Shown here: positions 9,805 through 19,760 of the stretch, one piece after another
How positions within the stretch are numbered: position 1 is the first letter of the stretch
Layout of the letters: the number at the start of each line of letters is the position of its first letter
Virus record (IMG/VR): IMGVR_UViG_3300021185_003522
Span: 61,234 to 125,233 of that record
Direction: 5' to 3' (one strand)
Origin: a virus
DNA: 64,000 nucleotides
Notes under the pieces: model-generated
Databases searched by the model: none
Told to the model about the DNA's origin: nothing
What the model saw: the letters and a program-made list of their open reading frames with translations, nothing else
Translations under genes and position numbers: made by a program

Positions 9805-12031
9805 TACTTATTCCAGTGACTTTTTGGCTGGCTATTCCAGACTGAACTGCACTATCAATTGAGTTTCTGATTGTAGTGTTTACCACACCGCCAGTGCCAG
9901 TTGAAAATCCTTGTACGGCATTGCTAAGTTTATCAGAGGCTAAATCAATTGCATATTGTCCACCTCTTACTACTGAATTCATATCTGCACTTGTAATCTT
10001 TGTGCTAAAAGATCCTGCTAGAGTCTGACCAATATCCTCTGCGCCTTGTGTCCACTTTTTCACTGCATCCACACCAAATTTACTAGCACCACTTACCAAT
10101 CCAGCCAACGAAGACTCATTCTCTAAACCAGTTACTATTCCTGCATTTTGTAATTTGCTAAGTCCTTTGTTAAAAAGATCTGTTTTTGTTATATCTTGTA
10201 TAGACTCATTGTTTAAAAAATCACTTACGCCGTTAATACCTTGTGCTCCACTCCACACACTTGAACTGCTTAGAACAGTATTCAAATCAGCAGTTGAATC
10301 CTTAAGAAAAAATTCACTGGTACCTGGCTTTAAAAATCCAGCATCTTCAAGTTCAGGCGCACTAAAACCAAATTTTCCAACGCCTAATGTATTAGATATT
10401 TCATTTGTTCCTTGTGTAACTAATTTACTTGATTGTGCTACCATACCTGTCACTTTTTCAGGTGGTATCTTGCCAACTGAAGTGGTTGAATTTGATTGTG
10501 CTTCGTAGTCACCTGAGTTAATTTTCTTAATGTCTGTAGTCTCTGCCTTTGTTACTGCTTCTTGTGTTTTTTCATCAAGTGGTACATCAGTCGAACTAGT
10601 AGTTAAATTAGTTGTTGTATTAACTCCAGTGCCGCGTTCTGCAAACGGTTCATGTGTTGGTGCCCGTGTTACAATAGTTTCGATACTTGCTGGTTCTGGA
10701 ACCCACCCTACGTTGTTTTCAAATTTTGTATCTGCTAAACGTTTCTTTGGAATTGTTTGAGCTTTTGGCACGTCACTAGCTGACCCACTGTTTAGTTTAA
10801 TACAACCTGCTTCGAGTGTAAGGTTACTGCCAGCACCCCAACTGCCAGTCGTACTTTTAAGCATTAGAGATCCGTCACTTTTGAGTCCAATCATGCTTTT
10901 ACTATATGCCAATAAACTGTTTGTGCCTATCAGTGAAAGGCTTGCACTTTCAAGGGTCATTGCCGCTTTGGAATTCATGTTAATAGTGCCGTTTTCAGCA
11001 TTCATGTTTATACTTCTATCAGCATGCATATTAATCTCTCCAGCACTCCTTATGTTCAGACTGTTTGAAGCGTAAACATCTATTGTACCTTCTTTACCAA
11101 GTTCTACCCAACTTTGTCCATTAGCATGCATTATGTGTATTGTTGATTCTGCAACAGTATCGTTCATCATAATTTGATGTCCAGAACTGGTTCTGATTCT
11201 CACTAGGTTGTCTTCGCCGGCTTGGTTACCGTCATCCATGACAACACTGTGCCCACCTTTACGCCCAATTACTGTCGTTTCGTTTGCTTGTAAAGTACTA
11301 CTAGCAAGTTTTGCCTGTAACTGTGCATCTGTAAGTCCGCCGGAGTATATAGGACGACCTGGTGTGCTGATGCCGAAGCAAGAGCTAGGTGATTCTCTTT
11401 GACTATTAGAACTTATTGGTCCTAAGAGAGGATCTGCTATTACCCCTTGCGAAAGTAGTTGTCCTGCAAGGACACTATGTACTGGTTTCGCTTCTTCAAA
11501 AAATCGAGGATTATCTGTTATAGCAGGATTAGCATTGTTAATTTCTACAACTGGTAACTTAGGTTTGCCTGTATAGTAGGGTGACCCTGAATCATCTACA
11601 TATTTTTTACTACTACCAATAGCAGGAATCATGTGATTTATTCCTGGTTCAATTGGCATACCTATATAGTAACCTTGACTAGGGTCACCATTTGCAAAGA
11701 AACAGATTACCTTAGTACCAACATCAGGTGGAGTACCCCAAAATCCATAACTTTGATTGTTACCAGTAAAGGTGCCAGGTCCAGTTTGGTTTGGTGCACT
11801 CTGTTGTGTGTAGCCGTAAAATGGAGTGATATAACTTACAGTGCGCCAAAGACTACTAACATTTTTGTCTGGACCTGCTAAATCTTCTATGAATACCTCA
11901 AGACGTCCAGCCCGTATTGGATCAATGTTATTCATTACTTCACCAATAAACGGTCCAGTTTCAGCTGGCATACCGCCTTTGTCTAATTTATAATTTCTTG
12001 GTTGTCCTGTGGTTCTTTGAATATTTTGCAT
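9800..12031 (-). CDS. gp5: Baseplate central spike / hub (gp5-like, OB-fold plus beta-helix, extra C-terminal domain)
   Basis: GPFIGEVMNNIDPIRAGRLEVFI and PPDVGTKVICFFANGDPSQGYYIG (Gp5 OB-fold); RTSSGHQIMMND...HANGQSWVELGKEGTIDVYA beta-helix repeats. Confidence 0.85.
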   Translation of the reverse strand: MQNIQRTTGQPRNYKLDKGGMPAETGPFIGEVMNNIDPIRAGRLEVFIEDLAGPDKNVSSLWRTVSYITPFYGYTQQSAPNQTGPGTFTGNNQSYGFWGTPPDVGTKVICFFANGDPSQGYYIGMPIEPGINHMIPAIGSSKKYVDDSGSPYYTGKPKLPVVEINNANPAITDNPRFFEEAKPVHSVLAGQLLSQGVIADPLLGPISSNSQRESPSSCFGISTPGRPIYSGGLTDAQLQAKLASSTLQANETTVIGRKGGHSVVMDDGNQAGEDNLVRIRTSSGHQIMMNDTVAESTIHIMHANGQSWVELGKEGTIDVYASNSLNIRSAGEINMHADRSINMNAENGTINMNSKAAMTLESASLSLIGTNSLLAYSKSMIGLKSDGSLMLKSTTGSWGAGSNLTLEAGCIKLNSGSASDVPKAQTIPKKRLADTKFENNVGWVPEPASIETIVTRAPTHEPFAERGTGVNTTTNLTTSSTDVPLDEKTQEAVTKAETTDIKKINSGDYEAQSNSTTSVGKIPPEKVTGMVAQSSKLVTQGTNEISNTLGVGKFGFSAPELEDAGFLKPGTSEFFLKDSTADLNTVLSSSSVWSGAQGINGVSDFLNNESIQDITKTDLFNKGLSKLQNAGIVTGLENESSLAGLVSGASKFGVDAVKKWTQGAEDIGQTLAGSFSTKITSADMNSVVRGGQYAIDLASDKLSNAVQGFSTGTGGVVNTTIRNSIDSAVQSGIASQKVTGIST

Positions 12032-12041
12032 CTATTCTCCT

Positions 12042-15000
12042 CTATCGAAAAGCTGATGAGTTTGTGCCGCCGCCTTGTCCACCAACTACTTTGGCTCCAT
12101 TTGCTACTGCACGTCGAGACTTTTCGGCTCTTAATCTATTCCTTTTGGCTAACAATGATTCACTAAATTTCAAATCCTTGCCTGCATCATCGCTTACTGT
12201 ATTGCTACCTGGTTTTGGTACTACAGTAGGCAAATGGTTTGCTTTGTTAATTATAGGGTCTACATAGTTAGTACTATTGTTCTGCAAGGTTGCAATTCTT
12301 TTGTTCCGCATAATCGAATCATCGTAATTTTGCGGTGGCACAATTGCACTCTTTTTCGTATTACTTGTATTTGGTTTTGCGCCACTGCTCAACGGAACTC
12401 CTCCAGTAATCACATCTGGTCCTGGTCGCCTGTTGATTCCTTTATTATCTGGTGTTCCCCGCTTGTCTAAGAACTGTCCACTTCCTCTGCTTCCTACAGG
12501 AACATTGCTTTTTCTTACTGCTGATGGAGTTGTTTTTTTAATTGGTGGACTTGCGTGTCCAAATGCTTCTAAGCCAGGGTCTGAAATTTGATTCTTTTTC
12601 TCAGCAAGCTGCTTTGGTGAATTAACAGCGGCATCAAAGGTACGCACAGTACCTTCTAGCTTTTGTGTAAACTTTCCTTCTTTAAAGTAACTTGTTACTT
12701 CTAAACATGTGAACACAATAGCTTCTTGTGCTAGGTTCTTTTCACCGGTTATTCTACTAATCTCGAGGTTATTTTCAAACACTGGAGTAAGTCCTGTGGC
12801 TAGATCGTAATCAGTGACTCTGTTAAATCTTACTTCATAAAGTGTTTCACCAGAATTAGCATTGATACTTCCATCTGGTTCAAATGCTCCAAGATTTGAT
12901 GCATTATAAAAGAGTTCACTTTGTAGTATCCAGTCTGGATCACCAACAATTTCAATTAAACTTTTGGACACATCTGCAGGATCGTACAACCGCGACGCAA
13001 GTTGTGCTGCTGGTCGTGTGCTTTGACCAGCTCCTCCTTGTGTACTAGTACCTACACCGCTTTGAAAAAACTTTTTCTCAACATATCTAGCATCTCCAGT
13101 GGTATCATTGTTCAATCCGTCATTACCAATCGAAGTAATATAATTTGAATTATTTTCAATTTCAAAATTGATAACTTCAGTATTTTGTCCTGTAAACCAA
13201 TATTCGTATAATTTGTGGGCGCCACGATACATTGCCTCTGGAAAGTATGGTGACCTTGGTGTGTTTATTTGGTATCTGCTTATTCTGTAGGTGATACGGT
13301 AAGCTATGTCTTGACGTTTCTCGTCAAACTGTATAGGCTCTGAACGTTGTGTTATGCGATACCATTGCACAGTTTTCACTGGTGGATTTTGAATCTTTGC
13401 GCCAGTGATTTCGTCAAAAGCCACTGTTTGCTGAGCAGTAATATATGTGCTATTTTTCATTACTTGATCAATCAGTTGAACAATTTGTGTACCTGCACTG
13501 ATACTAAAACTTTTTGTTTCAACATCTAGTGCTTGTTTGTCCTGATTAAGTTTCTCGTTTGGATTGGTGGATTTCTGTAGAGGCGCACGTGCTTTATTTA
13601 CTGTGCCTTGTTTTTTCATCTTGGCATCACTAAGACCTGCTACTTCTTCAACTTCAATAATATATTCATCAGGTATACTATATGCACCAGCATCAACGAG
13701 TTGTTTCTGGTGCTGATTTAGAGCCTGGGCTAAACCAGCAGTTACAGTTCTTCCTGCAAGTCCTTGTACCTTCTTACCTGCAGGCGGTGGTGTTCCGTTT
13801 GAAGCTGCAGTAGCTTCTTGCAACTGTGTATCACCGTTTAATAAAGTTTTAATATCTGGAGCATTCAGTTGAAAGTTAAAGGGTATACTGCCTCTCGCAG
13901 TTGAATAACCAATCTGTGTTTGTGGTACAACACCAGACACACTGTAAGTTACTGCTTTATCTGTAAGTTTATAAGTGATATCATTGAACTGAAACGGAAT
14001 AAACTTCTCAACTAAAGCACGCGGATCGCTTGTGGTTTCTCCGTCATTAGCAGAGGCATTGCTAACAAGATTGCCAAATTCATCATATCCATAAAAACGT
14101 ATAACCATTAGAAAGTTTTGTGCGTTAACTTGCGTTTCTTGTCCAGAATGAGCTTTTACTGCGGCAGTTAATCTTGGTAATAAAGTTATGCCTTGAGGCT
14201 CTATGATTTCAAATTTTAAGTCAACTACATTGTGCGGTCCGCCAGTGCCTTGTGAACCAATAACACTATCAAGTTCTAAGTTTTCAATGTAAAAATCAAG
14301 ATCAAAAAATTCATTGCGTTCACCAAATGGAGCTCCGCCGCTTTGCATAATTAGTTGATTGGTTGGCAAGACCTTTTGATCAGATGCTATGAGACTTTTA
14401 TATTCGTCAATATTCATTAAATAGATTGACAAACTATAGGTTTGACTTGCTAGACCGCCTAATCGATTAGGCGTAGCAATAATCGGTTTACTAAACTCGT
14501 CAGCAACAGAAACACGTCCTTCAACATCTTGGCTTGCAGTTCCTTTACTATTTGAAGCTGATATGCCGCTTTGATCGTCGTCTGCAGAAACTATAGTTGA
14601 TGCATTCGCTGCACTATTGATAGACTGATTTTTCCTAACAGGCACAGCTCCGCCGACTGTAGACTGTACACCACTGCCTTTATTATTTCCGACAGATTCA
14701 GAACTACGTAATGTTGTTGTTATAGCATTAGTTGGCTTATCACGACTAACAACTACAGGAACTACTTCGCCGTTTTCAAAAATTTCATTGCCTTGTACCG
14801 GAGATTGTGTTCGTGAAAATTCATTTGCAGATATTTGAGCAATTGCTACTTCTGAACCAGTGGAGATTTTGCCAACGTTTTCTGCGACACTTTGACTATT
14901 TAGACTAGCATAGGCTTGTGTTTGTATAGTTTTTAAATTCCCTGCCATTACAGTAGTTTCTGTAATATTCGACGTAAGTTTAACTTTTGTACTTACATAC

Positions 15001-15221
15001 CCAGGTTTGTTTTTAAAACCTTCGTTCTGCCCATTTAAATTTTGTAAAATACTTCGTGTGGAAGTTACTCTGTTGTTTAAACTATCCCAGGTGTTGTTTA
15101 TCTGATTCCAGTTAGCACCATTTGCTACTGAACTTCCAAGGTCACGAACTAATGGTTTAAGTTTGTTTATTTCAAGTTGTTGACTTAGTCTTGCTGTATT
15201 AAGTAGCTCTGGTGAAGACAT
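12042..15221 (-). CDS. Putative baseplate hub protein (gp27-like) with disordered termini, 1059 aa
   Basis: Lies between gp53 and gp5; globular core about aa 250-850 (IEIVGDPDWI, FTQKLEG); low-complexity ends. Family assignment rests mainly on synteny. Confidence 0.55.
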   Translation of the reverse strand: MSSPELLNTARLSQQLEINKLKPLVRDLGSSVANGANWNQINNTWDSLNNRVTSTRSILQNLNGQNEGFKNKPGYVSTKVKLTSNITETTVMAGNLKTIQTQAYASLNSQSVAENVGKISTGSEVAIAQISANEFSRTQSPVQGNEIFENGEVVPVVVSRDKPTNAITTTLRSSESVGNNKGSGVQSTVGGAVPVRKNQSINSAANASTIVSADDDQSGISASNSKGTASQDVEGRVSVADEFSKPIIATPNRLGGLASQTYSLSIYLMNIDEYKSLIASDQKVLPTNQLIMQSGGAPFGERNEFFDLDFYIENLELDSVIGSQGTGGPHNVVDLKFEIIEPQGITLLPRLTAAVKAHSGQETQVNAQNFLMVIRFYGYDEFGNLVSNASANDGETTSDPRALVEKFIPFQFNDITYKLTDKAVTYSVSGVVPQTQIGYSTARGSIPFNFQLNAPDIKTLLNGDTQLQEATAASNGTPPPAGKKVQGLAGRTVTAGLAQALNQHQKQLVDAGAYSIPDEYIIEVEEVAGLSDAKMKKQGTVNKARAPLQKSTNPNEKLNQDKQALDVETKSFSISAGTQIVQLIDQVMKNSTYITAQQTVAFDEITGAKIQNPPVKTVQWYRITQRSEPIQFDEKRQDIAYRITYRISRYQINTPRSPYFPEAMYRGAHKLYEYWFTGQNTEVINFEIENNSNYITSIGNDGLNNDTTGDARYVEKKFFQSGVGTSTQGGAGQSTRPAAQLASRLYDPADVSKSLIEIVGDPDWILQSELFYNASNLGAFEPDGSINANSGETLYEVRFNRVTDYDLATGLTPVFENNLEISRITGEKNLAQEAIVFTCLEVTSYFKEGKFTQKLEGTVRTFDAAVNSPKQLAEKKNQISDPGLEAFGHASPPIKKTTPSAVRKSNVPVGSRGSGQFLDKRGTPDNKGINRRPGPDVITGGVPLSSGAKPNTSNTKKSAIVPPQNYDDSIMRNKRIATLQNNSTNYVDPIINKANHLPTVVPKPGSNTVSDDAGKDLKFSESLLAKRNRLRAEKSRRAVANGAKVVGGQGGGTNSSAFR

Positions 15222-15222
15222 A

Positions 15223-15519
15223 TTAGATACCTAAGACTGTTTTCAATGTTGGTAGCTGCGGCAGATAGATTGTTGTTCCTGTTTGAAAATCAAACAGAGG
15301 ATCCTGAAGTTGATTTGGATTACGTTGTGCAAACACCCACCAAAGATTTGGATCTTCATATAGGTCAAATGCCAATAGGTCTGGACGTAAGTGATAAGTT
15401 TCATTAATCGTCATTGACAGATCATCAATTAGTTTAGGAATTGGCCTGTCAACCATAACACCAAGATACTGCGAATTTATAACCGGCGTATCAAATAGAA
15501 AACTTGACGGAGTATACAT
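15223..15519 (-). CDS. gp53: Baseplate wedge protein (gp53-like, LysM-like)
   Basis: YHLRPDLLAFDLYEDPNLWWVFAQRN...GTTIYLP. Start placed at the ATG overlapping the upstream stop (TAATG) rather than the GTG at 15525. Confidence 0.85.
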   Translation of the reverse strand: MYTPSSFLFDTPVINSQYLGVMVDRPIPKLIDDLSMTINETYHLRPDLLAFDLYEDPNLWWVFAQRNPNQLQDPLFDFQTGTTIYLPQLPTLKTVLGI

Positions 15520-17735
15520 TACCACATTCCTTTCTTAATTAAGCTACCATTAGCGTAGTCTTTAAGACTAAACTGTTGACTAGCTTGTTGTCTGCTGATT
15601 ACTGGTAACATATTAATAGTCATTGCCATCTTCGTCGGCACATAGGTTGCACCTTTTGATCCTAACTTACCAGGTGTAATCTTTGTTGGTTTTGCTCCAG
15701 GAGCTAGAGTTGGCCCTGGTCCGCCACTTACCGCATTTGTTACTGCGGTTTGCAATCTATTTAATGCACTAAAGTTTCCATTGGATACTGTTGATGCTAA
15801 GGGTTTTGTAAATTGCAATTGGTCGTCTCTGTTGATATGTCTACTTCTTGCACGTATATAGTTTACATCATTGGGTAGGTTGTAGTTAAATTCTGTTACA
15901 ACACAAGGCGCCTCGTTAAATTGATATTCACCTAATCCAGTAAGATATAACAATGGTGGAGGCGACCCTCTTTCTGCATCTTGCCCATAAAACATTTTAC
16001 TTGCACTTTTTAAAAAATGTATAACTGCTAGTAGATATTCTGCTTCAATTGTGTCTTGAGCGGTGAATTCTGCTTGTAGTTGCACAGTCTGTACACTTGA
16101 ATTTTTATAAAAATAATGTTGATAGTTACTGTGTGTTGGCGAATAATTTTGGTATTCAGCTCTGTATTGTACATCAATAGTTGGCGTATATGGAAATATT
16201 ATTCCGTCAGTCACTGCCAGAGGTGCTAGTATACCCGGCTCAGGTGCTTTGTATAGATACGTAGCCTGCGGAGCTAATCGGAGCTTAACACGCCAATCAC
16301 CATCTGCATTTTTAACACCTGATGCTTCACGCATCTCACTAACAGTTTGTTGTTGTTGTGCCTTTTGTTTCAGTGCTTGTGCTTGTATAGCCGCTTGTTG
16401 TGCTTCGGTTATTGCCGCTTGTTCTACTCCGTCAATGCCATCACCTTCTGCGCCGTCGCCAATGTCGGCAACTGGATCGTCTCCAACTAGACTTTCACCA
16501 TCATTGTCTATACGATCTTCTGGTGCTAGTATTGGATCGCCAAATTCATCAAACTGAGCTGCTTCAGGATCTCCAAAGTCATCAACTCCAAAAGGGTTAA
16601 CATCTGCAGGTGCTGTAAGTGGATCTCCAAATTCATCAAATTGTGCCGCTTCTGGATCACCAAAATCATCTACGCCAAATGTGTTTACTTGATTTGGAGT
16701 TGCAAAGTCACTAAAGTCCTGTTCATCTGCAATACCAAAGTCATTGTCACTATATTCATCAAAACTATCAACTTGTGGTTGTGGTTCTACTACATCACCA
16801 AAGGCATCAAACTGTTGGTACTCTTGTACGTTAGCAGGAGGAGGTGGTGTTGGCCCTGGGCCAAATGCATCTAAGCCAGGATCTTCTGTACCAAAGTTGT
16901 TGTTACTGTATGCACTGAAATCGTCTACCTGTGCTGGTGCTGGTATATCACCAAAATCATCTACTGGTGTGACCGGAGGAGAATATTCACTAAAATTATC
17001 TACTTGTGTGATATTTCGACTAGGTCCACTAAAGTCATCTACTTGTGTAACTGGATATCCACTAAAATCGTCAACTGGTGCATCAAAACTTTCAACTGGT
17101 CTTGCTGGCGGTGCTGCCGGAAATGGATCTGGTTGCTCTGCTGGTGCTCTGCCTCTATCATCTAAAAATTCGCCACTGCCTCTACTTCCTACAGGTACGG
17201 TAGCTTGTTCAACACCAGGACGTCTTGTACTAGGTGGAATTGGTGTAACTTCTGTGTAACTGTCACCATAAGCATCAGTAAAATCTACATCATCATCTTG
17301 TGGTTGAACAACTGGTGTTGGTATTGGAGTTGCCTGTCGATAATCCTCACCATATGCGTCTGTAAAATCAACATCTGAATCTTGTGCTTGCACTGGTCTT
17401 GCTGGTGGCGGTGCTGGAAAAGGATTTGGTGCTGGTGCTGGATCACTTCCTCCATTTCCGAATGCTTGACTTGCTATAGTACCACCACCTTGAAATGCAG
17501 TTCCTGAACCAGGAGTGTTACGTGGTGTATCAGTTGATTGTGTGTTTTCTGATGCTCTACTAGTTACTGTACCAAAAGCGGCATTCTTGGCTGGAGTTGC
17601 AGTGGTGTTAATCACATAGTTTGGTACATCTTCAGCAGGTATACCTGCTAGTGCGGCCAACTTATTAAGATCAGCACCAGGAAACTGTCTCTGATATGCT
17701 GACATCAAGGCGGCATCTTTAATGTTATAACCCAT
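15519..17735 (-). CDS. Baseplate-tail tube junction protein (gp48/gp54-like C-terminal domain) with a long acidic, Pro-rich N-terminal region
   Basis: C-terminal DWRVKL...GIIFPYTPTI...PTHSNY...FYG...GSPPPLLYL.GLGEYQF...PCVVTEFNYNLPNDVNY tube-like fold. Start revised to the ATG at 17735 (SD AGGAGA, late promoter upstream). Confidence 0.7.
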   Translation of the reverse strand: MGYNIKDAALMSAYQRQFPGADLNKLAALAGIPAEDVPNYVINTTATPAKNAAFGTVTSRASENTQSTDTPRNTPGSGTAFQGGGTIASQAFGNGGSDPAPAPNPFPAPPPARPVQAQDSDVDFTDAYGEDYRQATPIPTPVVQPQDDDVDFTDAYGDSYTEVTPIPPSTRRPGVEQATVPVGSRGSGEFLDDRGRAPAEQPDPFPAAPPARPVESFDAPVDDFSGYPVTQVDDFSGPSRNITQVDNFSEYSPPVTPVDDFGDIPAPAQVDDFSAYSNNNFGTEDPGLDAFGPGPTPPPPANVQEYQQFDAFGDVVEPQPQVDSFDEYSDNDFGIADEQDFSDFATPNQVNTFGVDDFGDPEAAQFDEFGDPLTAPADVNPFGVDDFGDPEAAQFDEFGDPILAPEDRIDNDGESLVGDDPVADIGDGAEGDGIDGVEQAAITEAQQAAIQAQALKQKAQQQQTVSEMREASGVKNADGDWRVKLRLAPQATYLYKAPEPGILAPLAVTDGIIFPYTPTIDVQYRAEYQNYSPTHSNYQHYFYKNSSVQTVQLQAEFTAQDTIEAEYLLAVIHFLKSASKMFYGQDAERGSPPPLLYLTGLGEYQFNEAPCVVTEFNYNLPNDVNYIRARSRHINRDDQLQFTKPLASTVSNGNFSALNRLQTAVTNAVSGGPGPTLAPGAKPTKITPGKLGSKGATYVPTKMAMTINMLPVISRQQASQQFSLKDYANGSLIKKGMW
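16528..16690 (-). repeat. Tandem coding repeat N(T/P)FGVDDFGDPEAAQFDEFGDP (two copies)
   Basis: Visible in the translation and as a degenerate DNA duplication; boundaries approximate. Confidence 0.8.
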
Positions 17736-17752
17736 CTTTTCTCCTACAGTCT

Positions 17753-17760
17753 TATTTATG
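17753..17760 (-). promoter_or_regulatory. Late promoter CATAAATA for the baseplate operon
   Basis: Consensus match 17 nt upstream of the revised ATG. Confidence 0.75.
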
Positions 17761-17786
17761 CTTACCAAAAACTGCGTAGTTAATGA

Positions 17787-17815
17787 TTGACTTTTGATAA
17801 GTAATGTTGTATAAT
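17787..17815 (+). promoter_or_regulatory. Sigma70-type promoter TTGACT-17-TATAAT
   Basis: Near-perfect -35/-10 with a 17-nt spacer upstream of gp55. Confidence 0.85.
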
Positions 17816-17845
17816 ACATAATGTATTAAGGCAAAGGAGAATCGT

Positions 17846-18736
17846 ATGCCACCGGTGAAAGCACCTAGAAAAGTAAACTATCTAAACAACAGAGATATAC
17901 TCAAGGAAATACACAAAAGCAAGAGTACTTACTGTTCTTATTTAGAAAGAGAATATGCACAGTTTGATATTATTTTGCCAAGCGTAGATAAAATTAACCA
18001 GCGTAGTGTTGCAGAAGCAAGACGAAACAAAGCAGATAGAATCAAAAGAGAAACTGGCGAGATAGTTGATCCTGTTAAACTAAACAATCAAGAACTGGTA
18101 TTCCGTATTATTTGTTGGGATCATATTCCAATGGTACCAAAGAAACTTACCAAAGCACAAGAAAAGAAAAAGTCCAAACTAGAAGAACTGCTAGAGATGG
18201 ATGATGTTGACGTTGAAGATGATGGATTGCAAGAACTGATGAGTGATGTTGAACAGGATCTCAACTATGTAAAACTTAACTTTCCTCCATTCTGGCACTA
18301 TATGATTGATGAAGATAAAGTTCCTTATGTTGTTGGTAAATCGCATTGGATTGGTGGCATGGAAAACGGATACTTTTCCAAAGAACATGGCAAGATGACT
18401 GACAAACTTGCACACATGTTTATTAAACTGTGTGAACGTTATGCTACACGTAGTAACTGGCGTGGTTATACATACAACGAAGAGATGCGTGGACAAGCAT
18501 TGCTACAACTGAGCCAAATTGGACTACAGTTTGACGAAAGCAAGAGTCAAAATCCATTTGCATACTACACTGCTGCTATCACTAATAGTTTTACAAGAGT
18601 ATTGAACATTGAGAAAAAGAATCAAAACATACGTGATGATATACTTGAACAAAACGGATTGAATCCAAGTTGGACAAGACAGTTTAATAACTCACCAGAA
18701 GCAAAAGTATTACAACCAGACGTCGCTAAAAAATAG
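17846..18736 (+). CDS. gp55: Late-transcription sigma factor (gp55-like)
   Basis: NYLNNRDIL N-terminus and YATRSNWRGYTYNEEMRGQALLQLSQIGLQFDESKSQNPFAYYT core; canonical 55-47-46 synteny; cognate late promoters throughout the window. Confidence 0.9.
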   Translation: MPPVKAPRKVNYLNNRDILKEIHKSKSTYCSYLEREYAQFDIILPSVDKINQRSVAEARRNKADRIKRETGEIVDPVKLNNQELVFRIICWDHIPMVPKKLTKAQEKKKSKLEELLEMDDVDVEDDGLQELMSDVEQDLNYVKLNFPPFWHYMIDEDKVPYVVGKSHWIGGMENGYFSKEHGKMTDKLAHMFIKLCERYATRSNWRGYTYNEEMRGQALLQLSQIGLQFDESKSQNPFAYYTAAITNSFTRVLNIEKKNQNIRDDILEQNGLNPSWTRQFNNSPEAKVLQPDVAKK

Positions 18737-18746
18737 GAATACACAC

Positions 18747-19760
18747 ATGGGTTTGTTTAAGAAAGCTCTAGTGTTCACAGACATCCACTTTGGCATGAAA
18801 AGCAATAGCATCATGCACAATCAAGACTGTGAAAACTTTGTAGAGTGGGCAGTACAACAGGGCAAGATACACAACTGTGAAACTGCTATATTCATGGGTG
18901 ACTGGCATCATCATAGAGCAAGTTTAAGTTTGCAAACTATGAGTCACAGTTTACGTGCATTAGAAAACCTTTCACGTAGTTTTGATATTACATATTTTAT
19001 AACTGGCAATCATGACTTGTACTACAGAGACAAACGTGACATATACAGTTTTGAATGGGCAAAGCATATACCAAATCTAAAGATATGCAATGACTGGTTT
19101 CAACAAGATGATGTTATACTATGCCCTTGGCTAGTAGGTGACGATCACAAGAAGATTAAAACTGCAAGTGCCCAGTACATGTTTGGCCACTTTGAACTTC
19201 CGCATTTTAAAATGAATGCAATGGTTGAGATGCCTGATCACGGTGAGATCAAATCAGAACACTTCCAACAGTATGGCACAGTGTTTAGTGGACACTTTCA
19301 TTTGCGTCAACAGAAAAACAACATCAACTACATTGGCAATGCATTTCCGCACAACTTTTCAGATGCAGGCGATGATCAACGTGGTTGTATGATACTTGAA
19401 TGGGGCAAAGAGCCAGAGTACATTGCTTGGCCAGATCAACCGTTGTACAAAGTGTTGGACCTTTCGCAGGTAATTGACTATGCAGACACAATACTTAAAC
19501 CAAACATGCATGTTAGAGTAAACTTGGACATAGAAATATCCTACGAAGAGGCAAACTACATCAAAGAACAGTTTGCAACCAAATACAAACTGCGTGAGAT
19601 GGCACTTATACCTAACAAACGCAGTGCATTAGAAGAAGAAATGCAACCAGGCGATATCAAATTTGAAAGTGTTGATCAAATTGTTACAGAACAAATCATA
19701 AACATTGATTCCGAATTCTATGACAACAAACTGTTGTTGGAAATTTACCGGAGTTTATAA
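18747..19760 (+). CDS. gp47: Recombination endonuclease subunit (gp47, Mre11/SbcD-like)
   Basis: Metallophosphoesterase motifs DIHFG, GDWHH, GNHD, GHFE and SGHFH. Confidence 0.92.
   Translation: MGLFKKALVFTDIHFGMKSNSIMHNQDCENFVEWAVQQGKIHNCETAIFMGDWHHHRASLSLQTMSHSLRALENLSRSFDITYFITGNHDLYYRDKRDIYSFEWAKHIPNLKICNDWFQQDDVILCPWLVGDDHKKIKTASAQYMFGHFELPHFKMNAMVEMPDHGEIKSEHFQQYGTVFSGHFHLRQQKNNINYIGNAFPHNFSDAGDDQRGCMILEWGKEPEYIAWPDQPLYKVLDLSQVIDYADTILKPNMHVRVNLDIEISYEEANYIKEQFATKYKLREMALIPNKRSALEEEMQPGDIKFESVDQIVTEQIINIDSEFYDNKLLLEIYRSL

Noticed and set aside
16500-17420. Repeats that might be a CRISPR array
   Set aside because: They are degenerate, in-frame coding repeats with no constant repeat-spacer period and no cas genes.
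17736-17819. Track start at 17819 for the gp48/54-like gene (likewise 29372, 55866, 57917, 24010 and 15525 for other genes)
   Set aside because: The extensions run through promoters or neighbouring genes. Downstream ATGs have an SD or stop-start coupling.
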